A DNA stretch of 64,000 bases, from contig OZ281501.1 of assembly GCA_965637545.1 (NCBI GenBank), forward strand, positions 17,794,001-17,858,000, in the 5' to 3' direction. A program made the translations under genes and the position numbers. The DNA comes from Phallusia mammillata. Taxonomy: Eukaryota. The stretch's first letter is position 1. Each line of letters starts with the position of its first letter. Shown here piece by piece: positions 23,801-35,397 of the stretch. Below the pieces are notes generated by a model. It saw only the letters and a program-made list of their open reading frames with translations, was not told where the DNA came from and searched no databases.

Positions 23801-26800
23801 ACTTTTCATACGAAACGAAACAAACGTTTTTGAACAAATATTTGCATGTATACGAGCCATGACATATCATATGCAATATTTTGGCCAGAAACAATCTTTT
23901 CCAGCAACTCGTTGTTTATAAAGAATACTTCGTGCATCTCATGACAGCTCAGGTCTAGGTTTACTTTTACTTATAGCAGGGATTTGACTGTCATTTCACT
24001 AAGTTTGTTCCTTGTAATTGTTGAAAATAAGACAAAATAAGGACACAAGTCAAAAAGAAGGACATTTCTTAGAAATAAGGACAATAAACGTTTCTAAGAC
24101 ATAACCCTTCAAAATAAGGACAAATCTTAGAAATAAGGACGGTATGACAACCCTGTATATATAGCATAGTACAATGTCAACATTATAAAATATATAATTT
24201 ATAAAACATCAAGTATGTAATAAACATAAATAGACAAAGAATCATCAGAAAAGATTACAGATATTAATATATTACCACAATATGCTTAAATATTGGAGAA
24301 GTAATTGATTTGTCAAGTCTATATATATTTCCACCCACTCTTATATATGATAAGTAGAAATTAATCCTTCTCACAAGTGGGTCGACATGAATATTTCATC
24401 ACTTTTTACAGGTCAAATGCAGACACCACTTTCATAGCACATGAAAGTCAAGTGGATATGAAAAAATCACTGTAAGGTCAAGGCCATTTTTGCCCTTTGT
24501 GGAATAAATGAAAATGTATTGTAAAAAGTATAGAGTTAAAACTATGTCTTTATTTAAGTGTGAGGTATGTGGGTCATTTAACACTGTTACAAACAAAACA
24601 TGCAACCCTAATTCTACTAATATACTTTTCAATTCCATTTAAACCCCTTAAGGAATCAGTTTGTTGACGGTTGCTTTGTTAAAAGCTTTCAAAACAAATT
24701 AGCTAAAACTACAACTCACATCAGCCAAGCGCAGCGTGGTGCCAAGGGCATGGACGAGATCAATAATGTTTTGTACTTGTGGTACCTCGCTATCCCACAC
24801 AATGCCAATCGACACTACATCAGGGCAATTCATCAACACCTTCCTCATGTCAACTCGAGCTCCACACTCACTCTGTCAAATAGAAATGGATTTTAGAATA
24901 CAGTTTAATTATGTTTTAGACAGTGCACACTGTTGGCATGGTTTCGTCAGTGCAGCTTGGTCTCATCAGTGCAGCTGGTGACAAGACATTGACCACATAG
25001 GATAATGTAGCAAGATTAAGCATATTTGATAGTTTGTAAATGAGGGAAACACAAAAATCACACTGTTTCATAGAACATGGTTTGTCTGCATCCAACAGAC
25101 TATGGAATTTGTATGTGTGTTACTACCCACCCATGAGTTCCTACATAATTAACGATTGGTAGCAATGATATACTTGATCATTAAAACACGGTTTTCATTA
25201 AAGGACATCATCCAAATAAAAACAACAACTCTTTTATGACTATGCAAAGCTACTTTCTTTAAAAAGGGTCAACAAACAAATACATATCTATGAAGCCATA
25301 TTTTTTATTTTGTGATTAAATATAAATTAAATAAAAATCACTGTTAACCTTGCATAAGTTATAAGGGATTTTACATTGCATCAAAGTCATTTGATCAGAT
25401 AACAAGAAAACGGTTTTGAAACCATCGATCTAAAATATCAGTTTCATGTCACCAAAATAGGTAGTTATACACTTGACCTCGGCAATTACTGTCTGGTGGA
25501 GATAAATGCAAAACTAAGTTGAAACGCCCCTAGGGAAATTGATGAAGGCTGTTTGACTGCAGATGTGTGTCTCATGCACTTATTTTATTAGTTTTACTAG
25601 CACAACATAGATATATTGACCACAACTTTATGAAGTTGTAGCTAATAAAGTGCAAACAGCTGTAGCATCAAGCAAAACATCTTTATGACAAAAGTTTTCT
25701 CTATTTATGCAACTAATTGATAAACATTTTTTTGACAAATGCGTTTTATAACGAAAAGTTTTATTTCTTACCTTTCTAAACAAAAGGAAAACTATAATCG
25801 AATTATTTCCAGACAGGTTTTGCCCTTCATTGAAAATTATATGCCTCCACACAAGGCTCAATTAGCCATCAGTGCTATCAAATTACACAATGACATCATA
25901 AACAAAGTGAACCTACCTACACACCACACCAGACTGGTCACATGCGAAAGTTGGTTTGGGAAAAAATGCCCTTTTTGCTCTACTAGTGAGGCCAGGTGAG
26001 CTATGCATTGTCATTTGTTTTGTATGACAAACCACTCAGGAATTTTCACATGTTTTGATATGATGTCACAGCTCTCAAAAGAGTCGTTGTGGTAATATTT
26101 ACACTACAACCTTGGTTCTTTATCCATGTATAAATCTGTATACCCGTGGCAAATGCCTTTTAAATGTTTTTAAATATCACTGCTATGTAGCAATTTAAAA
26201 GTGTGCACATTTATTAAAAGGCATTTGCATATCTTTTTAAATGATTAAAATAAGTACATACTGACTTAAATATGCCACCCTTGAATTGTCGCTTGAACAC
26301 CATAAAAGTGGTTAGTTAACACTTAACAAACACTGCTCACTGAACTATCTAACTCAATTATGTTTATCACTGGCTAGGAGTTATATCAAGTGCAGTTACT
26401 TACAGGACAGCTTCTTTTTTCGCCCCATCCTCCAGCCACTCGTACAAGTTTTCCAAACATCTGACTGCTTGCAGAAGTACCATAACGATGTCTTGTGTAT
26501 TCATCTTCAGTGCTGAACAAACACAGCCAGTTTACTATTTGGCCACTGAAGGTTATCATAAGTACTTGGCTCAGTTTTTTTAACCTATTTAGGTTATGGA
26601 TTATTTTTTTGCCTCCTTAACCCGTTTATGAAACTTATGAAAATGCATAGAGCAAAGTATAGAAAATTAAAAGGAGTTTTAGGTGTGAACACTTGACATA
26701 CTTCCACTTTGTGTAACAACTTTCAGGTGTGATAACAAACAATGAATATTAAGGGCTAAATTTACAATGCATATTCATTTACCAATTACATTTATAAACC

Positions 26801-28605
26801 AAAAGTAGTGAAGTTTTAGTTTTAGCAGCAAGCAAAATAAACCTACCACAGTGCTGTAGCAGAAACATAATGAACCATCTCAATAAATGGTAGTGGTTCT
26901 GATGTCGCACCACAACTGCTACAGACACATTGCTCCACCAAGGAAAGGCCAAACTTTTGATGGGGAATACAGTGTGATGCCGTACATACATCCTCACGTA
27001 CTGTGTTGCCAATGTGAACATGAAGACGCAAAAGTATGTTTTCCTAAAACAAAACAATTATTACATTTAGGGTTAGCAAGACAAAAACCATGCCAAAGTT
27101 GTATATTTACTGTCATTCAAATACCAAAAGTTCATTTAAAAGATAACATTATGTAGTTGTCATGTTTCTATGCCCACTGACCAAAGCAATAATGCAGATA
27201 TAGTTACATGACTTTTGCAAGTGTATATAGTTGCATCTAACCATAGCCAATAAAACAGCAAAGATATAGGAGGTTTGTATTTCAGAAATAGTAATTATCT
27301 TTTTGTTGAATTGACCAAAATGTATTTAACGGGCAACCAGACAGACTTGAGACAATGCAAATATAATTTGGTCAAGACCTCTACGAACTGAAACCCTTTT
27401 TGAGTGTTATTTGATGCCTGCACCTTATTTTGTACATATACAGACAGGAAATGTCACTCTATTGCAGCGGGCATATTTACTTTTGGTCTGGCCACAGAAG
27501 TGCAAACAAGTCAACCATAAACTCCATTCCCACACTTTGCAAATAATGAATTTGAAAGTAATTTTACTGGAAATAAATTCCCAAATGCATGAACATTCTA
27601 AACTTTAATCAGTTTCATAATGATTTTTTTTTACTCTTTTAAAAAATTGCCTAGGAGTTTGAAGCCTGTGTTTTGCAAATGACTATGAAAAAAGTTGTAG
27701 AAAAATAGTCACTTTTACTTTGGTACACCAAATATATATATACACCTTTCAAAAAAGCAATGATTCATTTGGACTTTTGTCCAAGTACTCATTACTACAT
27801 AAACATGGGCAGCCATTTATGAAATTGTTATAGCCAAACGTTTAGAACTTACAAAGCATTCTGCAGCATCATCCATAAATCCCATTTGAAATCGGTTTTG
27901 TTGTTGAAAAGTTTCAGCCAATGCACTACGAAGGACATTTGGGGGTAAAGCCTGTGCTTTGCTGTGTTGGAATTGCTGGAAAATGTCTTTTAATGCACAG
28001 AAAATGCATGATGGTCCCATACAGGCATGGCCATGTAGTGTACGAAAGCTGCGACGGAAAACATCAAGATGCCAAAGAACCTGAATATATAAAAACCTAA
28101 TTATGAATACATAAACTAATGATATATTTGCGACCAGGATTGCCACTGATTTAAAGCTAAAAATAAATCTCTTTAAAGAGAAAAGGTAATTTACCAAACA
28201 CAAAGAGAGCAAATTTTATTTAAACCAATAATTTAAAAAAGTTTTTGTTTTACTTCATTTGTACCAAATTATATTCTGAGAAACTTGTTAGGCAAGCTAA
28301 TATATATGTTTTATTTATTAGGGGGTTCAGTAGTGGTTGACATTTAGGGTAAAAAATTTGAAGAAAAAACTATAATTTTGAAAATGTGAGACATTTCACA
28401 ATACTTGTTTAAAAGCTGTCAAAAATGTGTTTTCATACTTCTAACCATTTTACAATTCACAAGTAACAAAACATGTTCAATAACAGACCTGTATAGCACT
28501 GTTAAGAAAACAATTGTTCTCTCCGGGTTCGTTGAGCAAACCCTTGTTTGCAGCGATGGAGACGGTCGACATCATACGCTCGCGTCCTTTCTTAAACATC
28601 GGCAT
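11849..28605 (-). CDS. USP54: Ubiquitin-specific protease of the USP53/USP54 (echinus) family, about 1531 aa
   Basis: 20 exons with consistent phases: 28489-28605, 27853-28080, 26847-27043, 26404-26512, 24720-24872, 23430-23579, 22214-22409, 21645-21851, 20878-21176, 20048-20399, 19349-19453, 19003-19278, 18115-18315, 17003-17238, 15663-16637, 14328-14527, 13707-13765, 13089-13288, 12396-12537, 11849-12042. Family motifs [88 protein letters not shown]. Followed by a long Pro/Ser-rich tail, a helical MIT-like exon and a C-terminal CxxC-CxxC. An upstream 5' exon may exist. Confidence 0.93.
12925..13055 (+). repeat. Dispersed repeat carrying a hammerhead-like core, family 2
   Basis: TTCATATCA-CTGATGA-T-CGCATGAGCATTTGCC-GAAACGCATGAACAATAAAGCATGTCGC..TATAGTGTTC; homologous to 3630-3770. 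Confidence 0.65.
13967..14275. mobile_element. hAT (Ac-like TAGGGATG) MITE with perfect TIR and TSD
   Basis: 12-bp perfect TIR TAGGGATGGGCC; TSD ATATTTAT on both sides; many GCTCGG/CCGAGC subterminal repeats. Confidence 0.92.
15390..15625. mobile_element. hAT-type MITE
   Basis: Ends CGGTGGGTCCCAATC / GGTTGGGACCACTG; TSD GGTTAAGG/GTTTAATG (6/8). Confidence 0.7.
17343..17508. mobile_element. hAT-type MITE, inverted copy of the 2900-3079 family
   Basis: TTTTTGTAACAGAACCGGCTGA..TTTTGTGATAGAATCGGCTGACAAAAAATTTGAATCCCACCACTG is the reverse complement of the 5' half of 2900-3079. Confidence 0.75.
17993..18064 (-). ncRNA. Hammerhead-like motif, family 1, in USP54 intron 13 (sense to USP54)
   Basis: Minus strand TATC-CCGATGA-A-GGCGTCTT-GTAT-AGGACGTC-GAAA-CGTC-GGTTA; core U4 mutated to C. 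Confidence 0.5.
19665..20016. mobile_element. hAT-Charlie-type MITE
   Basis: TIR CAGTGGTTCTCAACC at both ends; TSD degenerate. Confidence 0.8.
22935..23118 (-). mobile_element. tRNA-derived SINE, full head plus body, in USP54 intron 6
   Basis: 23118-23046 reads GCCTGTG TA GCTC AGTTGGTA GAGC GC GAGTC CCGGAAA GACTC CTGTC GTGGG TTCGAAT CCCAC CGCAGGC (A and B boxes, cloverleaf). It is followed by a body (..GAATGCTTGGTGACCGGCT..CGGTATAGCGCCTTCAATGGGCCTGGCGTACTGTGATTTA) that recurs at 41714-41860 and 63805-63890. Confidence 0.8.
23752..24155. mobile_element. MITE with CAGGGTTG TIR, TATATATA TSD and AAATAAGGAC subterminal repeats
   Basis: Ends CAGGGTTGCCG / TGACAACCCTG; TATATATA on both sides; AATAAGGAC repeated five times plus one variant. 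Confidence 0.88.
24938..25001 (-). repeat. Dispersed repeat with CTGATGA..GAAAC core, family 3
   Basis: Minus strand ..ACCAGCTGCA-CTGATGA-GACCAAGCTGCACTGAC-GAAAC; includes an internal 19-nt tandem duplication. Confidence 0.55.
25813..26198 (+). CDS. Candidate nested antisense exons inside USP54 intron 4
   Basis: Acceptor ttatttccag, then 25813-25995 open ([60 protein letters not shown]). Donor AG|gtgagc, 76-nt intron, then in-phase 26072-26198 to TAA. No start or homology established. Confidence 0.3.
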
Positions 28606-30430
28606 TGTTGAGTTTTTCTTCTGTCTACTGTAGTTTAAATTCAGTTAAGAATAGCACATGCTTGATTAGGGTCCATTCAGAGAGTTGTAAAATGTTTCGG
28701 TAAATGATAAACCAAATGAAGAAATGGAAATACTGATAGCACCTTGATGGACCATGACAAAAATAGGCGTTCCAAGTGACCTACAGTTGATAAAGTCTGA
28801 TCTGAAAAACAGTTAATGGTGTTTAATATAAAATAAAACCTTATTTCTTTAGCTTTTTCTTTTAGTAACACAGAAGCACAACCAGGCATGGACTTTCCAA
28901 AACAAAATGAAAACAAAAATAGTCGCACTTAGCCCATATAAAGCAAATAATATTTCTATGTCTACTGCCTATGTATTTAAAAGACAAAGTATATGTGCTA
29001 AGTATGAAAAAAACTGAACATTCATGAGGTAACCATGTTTTTTAAATGTTCTTTTTGTTGGTGGGTACATTTTCTTTTATCTTTCATCATAAGAGCAATT
29101 TTAGACCTTTTTACTGAAGATACTTGCTGCACGCTTTACTATTATTGCACTTGTTTTGAAATAAGCGAAGATTTGTTCATATTGGTGATTCCAAAATCCC
29201 ACTAAAACACAACATTAAAAACTGGACTTTACACCGTTTGAAAAAAAACTGGTTTATCAAGATTACTGTGGAGTTGGTCAAATTAAATCCAAAAACAGTT
29301 CGCACACTGTAAAATACAATGTTTTACTCATTTTCCCTTTCTATCTATTCTTCTTTCAACGCTGTTTACAATTTACCCAGCAAACTGACAACAAATACAA
29401 AATAATAAATCTGGCTGTTGTACTAAACTGCTTTACACGATAAGTTACAAGTTACAACGCAGAATGTCTTTACACTATTTGTTTACAAGGCGACAACAGA
29501 AAAAAATAAATGTTACACAACAGCACTTGCACATTGATATTGAACAATTTGATATCTAGACTTAGTAGCTAGTCCAACAAGTTTTAAATTTTTCATCTTT
29601 TACAAAGCGACATCATCCTTCAAAAATAAATAAGCACCACTTGCGCCACCTAGCAAATAAATTTTAATATTTCTATGTAAAGTGAATTAAATTGTCAAAG
29701 AAACTGATTGGCAGGTCGGAAAAAGTTTTGTATCAAATATTATCGCAGTCACGACATTTAAACGACTCCAAACCAACTTCGGCAGATTTTTAAGTTTTAC
29801 ATGGACATTTTTACGCAAGTTTTTGAACAATAAATCTTTTTCAATTAAAACTGTTCAAAAAGAAATGGTAACTTTATTGTGTTTTGGCTGAGCATGTCAT
29901 TAATGTAAAAATCAATTAGTTGCTTTATTAAATTAAAAATTCCTTGCCACCAGTTCCTGTTAAAATGCTCATAAAAATGGTGAATGTTTAAAAACTAATT
30001 GCAGATGCCGTTTTATTTCGTCAATTGGTTTGCTTTGGGTTAAGTTCGAATACGTAACAATCCTCTTTATCTTTACGCTGCTTTGCATGATTGAGCATAA
30101 CTCCACCACATGTGTATTGCAAAACAAAAACAGGTTTACCTGACAAACTATCCTTCGCTTCTTTAAATCCTGCATGGAATAAACAGTTTAGGCCTATTTC
30201 CTGTTGCAAAGCAGTGCCTGAAGGTTTAGGGCGTAGTTGCATTGGTGCGATAATGCAGATTTATCTTTCTTCTAATTACAGAATATGCATTTGTTAGTTG
30301 TCAGAATGTCAAACATTTTATGCAGTGTCCTAAATCGCTATTAATCAGCGGCAAAAATACGCAAATAAGAAATCTACAGTTGCAAAATGCTGTCGATTTT
30401 AGGGTTTGCATTTTGTTTGTTGTGTTTGGT

Positions 30431-30496
30431 CTATTTTCCTGATGCTTGAAAAACTCTTTCTATTTTTCTATTTTCCTGATGCTTGAAAAACTCTTT
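30431..30496. repeat. Perfect 29-bp direct duplication
   Basis: CTATTTTCCTGATGCTTGAAAAACTCTTT at 30431-30459 and 30468-30496. Confidence 0.9.
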
Positions 30497-30539
30497 TGCA
30501 TGTGAATAGCCTCCTTAGTTCTTTGTACGTTGCTTTTGA

Positions 30540-30960
30540 TCTACGACTATTGTAACGTCCCGTAAACGCGCCCCGGTTATAGCGCGGAACGTCACATGAG
30601 GAGAGAATTGAAACGCGATTCCTAAAGGCCTTTAACCAGCAGTCCACACACATAGGTGTTTTGCCTATCTTATTAGGCGAATTATGTGAATGCAGAACAA
30701 AGAGAACGGTATGAGACGATGGAAAACAATAGGAAAGGGTTTCAACTGTTGTGGTAACCGAAGAGAGTAAATAGCGCAGTTGTTCAACTCGCACCAATTA
30801 CTGGAGCACATCAAGCTATTTTGGGCGACAGTACACGAATAAGTCATGCTTTACGTGAAAATAAAACAGGAATACAACAATTGTCAACACGACAATAAAT
30901 GTTTTTTCTAATTCAACCGAAGTCAGCAACGAAATAAACTAAAGCAAGTTGTGTTGTGTT
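30540..30960 (-). promoter_or_regulatory. Probable promoter / 5' region of USP54
   Basis: Locally CpG-rich patch (AACGCGCCCCGG, AGCGCGG) about 2 kb upstream of the first coding exon; position-based inference only. Confidence 0.3.
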
Positions 30961-31444
30961 ATCACACCAACTGACAGTGTCATCTCGTCATCACACAAAA
31001 CTGACAGACGATTTTTCGTCACACAACGAAATAGATTGCAACACAAGTTGTAGTGTGAAAAAGCGGGAATCAATAGAAATGGGCAATTACTGGCAAATAA
31101 GATCTAACAGCTATACTATTCGATACCACCGTGTTTTAGGTGTTGGCACTTTATGAAATTTATAAATTTAAACAGCATACAAGAACTGATACTGTGGTTA
31201 TATTAAACTGGCATTGAAAGTTTTAGGCATTACAGTTCCTTGTTTGTTTGTTTTTTTGCTGGCAGCGTTAATAATTAATTAATAATGGGTAATCGCTTCT
31301 TTGAATATACTTTCGATAACCGTTTTCCTTGCAACCAGTTTCAGTTATTCACGTTTGTGTAGCTGGAATTAACGCTTAGGCAAATAATGCATCCGGAAGT
31401 GTTGTCATTATTTAATGACAAACACCTTTGTGTGACGTTTAAGC

Positions 31445-32157
31445 GAGCGGTTCCTAACCTTAGATTAATTTCTTGTCTTTCGCTGAACTCTTCAATTTAA
31501 TCCTTCCAACCATCTACTTAGAATCTTTGTTAATTAAAAAACTTTCCATCAAACTTCAAAAACTTCCGGTTAAAGCGAGTATAAGAAACAACAGTTTAAG
31601 ACAGGAGCTGGGGGCATTTGCTATCATTGAGGGGGCACTGTAGAATAATTGGGCGATTGGGGGAGGGGGGCGCTGGGAGAAGGTAGAGCAGTTAAAACGA
31701 AATAATACGATTGGGTCATTTTTGTCATCCAGCGAGTTTGGTTAGTATTCACTGTATTGGTACTTTGTTTTGCTACGTAATTTCAATAATAATTATCATG
31801 ATAATGCCACAATGCATCGACCCTGGGAGTTAAAAACGGGGGCATTAAAATCAGTAAAAAACACTATGCGGTTGGAAATGATGCGTGACTGTCACAATAC
31901 ACCGAGCATGACGAAACAGTACATTTGCAGTTTTGACCCATCACTGGTACCAAGTTGAAAGCAATGGGCCCCGTCTGCAGCTAGTGGTATCATGATGAAT
32001 TAACTCTTGGCATTTAAGCGTTAAAATATCAATTGTCACATTGATATTGTACGTGACATAAAATCATTTTGATTTTTGTCGTTTTGAAGGGGCGTTTATA
32101 AATCATGTAGACCTGAAAGGGCAGGTAGCCTACATGAAAAAAGGTTAAGAAACACGG
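31445..32157. mobile_element. Degenerate hAT-type MITE containing a G-rich tract
   Basis: Ends GAGCGGTTCCTAACCT / AGGTTAAGAAACACGG; TSD GTTTAAGC/GTGTAAGT (6/8). Confidence 0.55.
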
Positions 32158-32737
32158 GTGTAAGTCATGCAAGTGTGTTTAGGAAATAATGGGTTTTAAA
32201 AGTCTGCGACAGGTTTAGATTTAGATTTTTTGGTTTCTTATTCAAGTAAAGCATAATTATTTATTTGATCATACGCATGTTTATTGTTTATTTTGACTAA
32301 CTTGGTCGTAAGCAAGCAAGGAAAACAGAAATGAGTTGTCAGAAGTTGTGTGAAATAAGCCAAAACTAAGCTTTTTTACTAAGTAACAAATTATTTGTTT
32401 GCCGTCTGTGAACAAAAGTATGGGTTTACTATTTCTATGTGTGTTATGAAAATGGTTCTTTCTCAAACAAGATACAAAATAATAAATTATATCAGGACAA
32501 ATATGGGCAAATGTTGCGGCTAGCGAAGCTGCAAAGTTTTTTTAGATGTTTTTGTCGCTGAATACTCCGCTCTAAAAACTTTTAAATTCGGCCGAAACCG
32601 AATTTTTATTGTATATAGTCAGTGCCTTAGGCTTTGTAATCAGTTATTTTTGATCCTTTCCTAAAAATACCAACCAAGTTGTCAGAATTAGAAAGCTCTG
32701 TCAAGGTTGTGGTCTGATTTGTTTAGATTCAATTCAT

Positions 32738-32947
32738 CACGAGATCGTTTCGGAAAAAATCTACAAACACAATAACTCACATACAGACCTGCTAATTTCC
32801 AAAAGGTGGCGCAACGGAGCATGGGCTTTTACTGCTGAGTCAGCAATTATTGACATAAGCCTATGCTCCGTTCTGCCACCTTTTGAAAATTAGCAGTTCT
32901 GTATGTAAATTCTTGTGTTAGTAGCTATACCATTTCGATCTTGCGTG
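32738..32947. mobile_element. Foldback element / MITE with about 70-90 bp inverted arms
   Basis: 32761-32829 pairs with 32855-32924 at about 85% identity; the outer CACGAGATCG / CGATCTTGCGTG match extends it; the spacer holds TGCTGAGTCAGCA. Confidence 0.85.
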
Positions 32948-35142
32948 TTGGCCACCAGCAACGCTAGAGAATTAGAAGTCGTGAAAAATTTTCCACATAT
33001 CGAAAGTGTTTGAGGCGAAATATAATCTGGTAAACAGTTTATTTGCAGAAACCTTTAAAATCTTAAACATGAGATTAAACTGTAACAAGACAATGTTGCA
33101 AAAACATTAGAAATTTTGAAAATAAATCTCTTTTCGATAACTAGTGCCCAATATTGGTAATGCAGTGCGTAAACTATTTAGAGTTTAAGTTAAAAAATTT
33201 GCGAAACTGCAAGTAAAGCATTCCCTGCCGCCTGTTTAAAAGTTTTGGCTAAAAGTGGCTTATGTGTGGCAACAGAATGTGCGGAATTTTTCAATGACTA
33301 ATTGACCTGTTTCATTTCATTCGTTAATTAACTTGTCATTTAGACTCGCTCACAGTACTTGCCGAGTCATCAGTTTAACAATGAGTCATATTTAGCAGCA
33401 ATGAACTTTTCAATTAACCGCTTAGCTTGGAGATAAGACTTGATACCGGAATTTCCCCAAGGAGGCGGGCAAGTCACTGCTTTACAACTTCGCCTCCTAC
33501 ACATTAGGTCAAAATAATGTCAGAAATGAGTTTGCAGGTTCTTTGACATTTTTCCAGGCAAATTATTAGTTAGTCTACTTAAAAACTTCTTAACCTGGGC
33601 GGTAAAGTGTCATACTATAGGCATTTTGCATCATTGAGTGGTCGATTTGAACTTTAGTGTTGTATGAAACAAATTTGGTGGAAAGGTAAAAATCTTGAGA
33701 GTGTATAGTTAATGGTCGAATCAAACCCTGGCTCGTGGGCCAAATACGGTCCTCCTGTATAGCCTTTGTGCGGCCCGCGAACACTTCTGCATACAGTCAT
33801 AGATTGTAATTTGTATGGCCCCAAATAAGACGTGATGACCAACGCGTTGATATTTTTAATAACGTTTAGGCTTTAAAACGTAAAGTCGATGAAAACAACG
33901 AATTCAGCCCTTCGATAAATAATAGTTCATCTTTTCTCCACCCATAACTTATCAAACCCTAATGTCTTGGACCAACCTGGCGTAGTCAGAGTTCCTTGAC
34001 CTTGGGCCACCTTTTCCAGTTTCTTTTTTGAGAGTTTGGGTACAGAAGTAAAAGTGCATGTATTGTAAAGAAGATACATTTGTACATCTCGTTGACACAA
34101 CTTTTTCAAACAGGAAGTTTTCTTAAAATTAGGTTTTGTTCTGTGAAGTTTATTGCTATATTTTAAAGTTATTAGTTACAGTGGCAATTTGTTTGTTTTT
34201 TCTTCATTCATAAATTTATTGGTACCATCTTGAAAATAATCAATCGGAATAATTAAGACTTTTGGTTTAAATAACAGGGTAGTGTGACGTCATAGTAAAA
34301 CGAAAGACCGGAACACGTCATCAAACCTTTACAAATTCTGAAGTTTTTTTTAGCAATTTACTCGCTGGGTTGTCGATCGTTACTTTTACGTCACACTTAC
34401 GTTCCCACCTATGAAATTGCGTCACTGCAAGCAATGCTAGTAAACACGTGTGGTCATCGTGTGCGCAACCAAGGAGGTAGTTTTAAGATTTCAAAGATAA
34501 CAAATGTACCCGACTGGACCACGTATGATTACGCAGACTGATTGACGATATTGAGTCGTCCTATGAGTAATTCGTATTTATCCGGAAATCTAGGGTCGAT
34601 TTAAGTTGTGTCGAAAAACCCGAAAGCGAAATATCGCACTTTGACGTTGTGTAACATTTCAAATGAGCCTTTTAGTGGTTGTGTGTGGAAGAAGCCTGCC
34701 AGAAAATTGACAAGCGGATAAATCATTGGGCTTTCTGCAAATGTCAAAATTATTGCAACTGTGCGTGGCTTGTGAAGTAAGGACCGACATTTTATTCCAA
34801 AGCATAATTTGATTCAATAACACACAATGTTAATCGTGCCAATTTTACCATCATTTTTTATTTCTCTTATTTTTTCTCTTTTGTTTTATTTAATTTGCAC
34901 TTAACAGTTGTATAGCTTTAAGATCGGTAACGTTACATTTGCCTGAAAATCTCCTTTTTAATTTTTCGAATCAAACAAACTATCCCAACAAAAACTTTAT
35001 TTCAGATGTCGTCGAATTTTGCTGGCAAATATTTTAAAATATAAGGTTTGAAAATCGAATTATTCTTTCCCTGACGAGGCAATGCAAAATAGGTGATTTA
35101 TTTAAGTGCCATCGTAGCACGTTTGCTCTTTATTCGTTAAAA

Positions 35143-35397
35143 CAGTGGTTCATAACCGGTAGAAAATTTTGCACAGCGAAATTGTGTAAGTCAATGGTGC
35201 CCAAGTTGTTGTTTTACTTCAATATCTGAGTCATAAATCTGATTATTTGGTCACAAAGATAACTATGTTCAATCAAGTAAAGACAATCATTCATAATGCA
35301 CGGTACAAAACATCATCATAAGAATAACAGAGGGCGAAATTTGACATTGGTGATTAATGTCACTGGGAAACTACACCAGAAAGGTTAAAAACCACGG
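35143..35397. mobile_element. Degenerate hAT-type MITE
   Basis: Ends CAGTGGTTCATAACC / GGTTAAAAACCACGG; TSD poor. Confidence 0.5.

Noticed and set aside
23752-24155. CRISPR-like array from repeated AAATAAGGAC units
   Set aside because: Repeats are about 10 bp, irregularly spaced and inside a TIR/TSD-bounded MITE in a eukaryotic intron; no cas genes.
30140-30175. Alternative first coding exon of USP54 (MQDLKKRRIVCQ|gtaaac)
   Set aside because: It could splice in frame to the acceptor at 28621, but there is no homology support; it may be a UTR exon. Left out of the CDS.
33330-33375. Further hammerhead-like relics (minus strand at 33330-33372 and 57148-57175; plus strand at 35071)
   Set aside because: Hairpins are present, but either CTGATGA or GAAA is broken; cannot be distinguished from chance without genome-wide copies.
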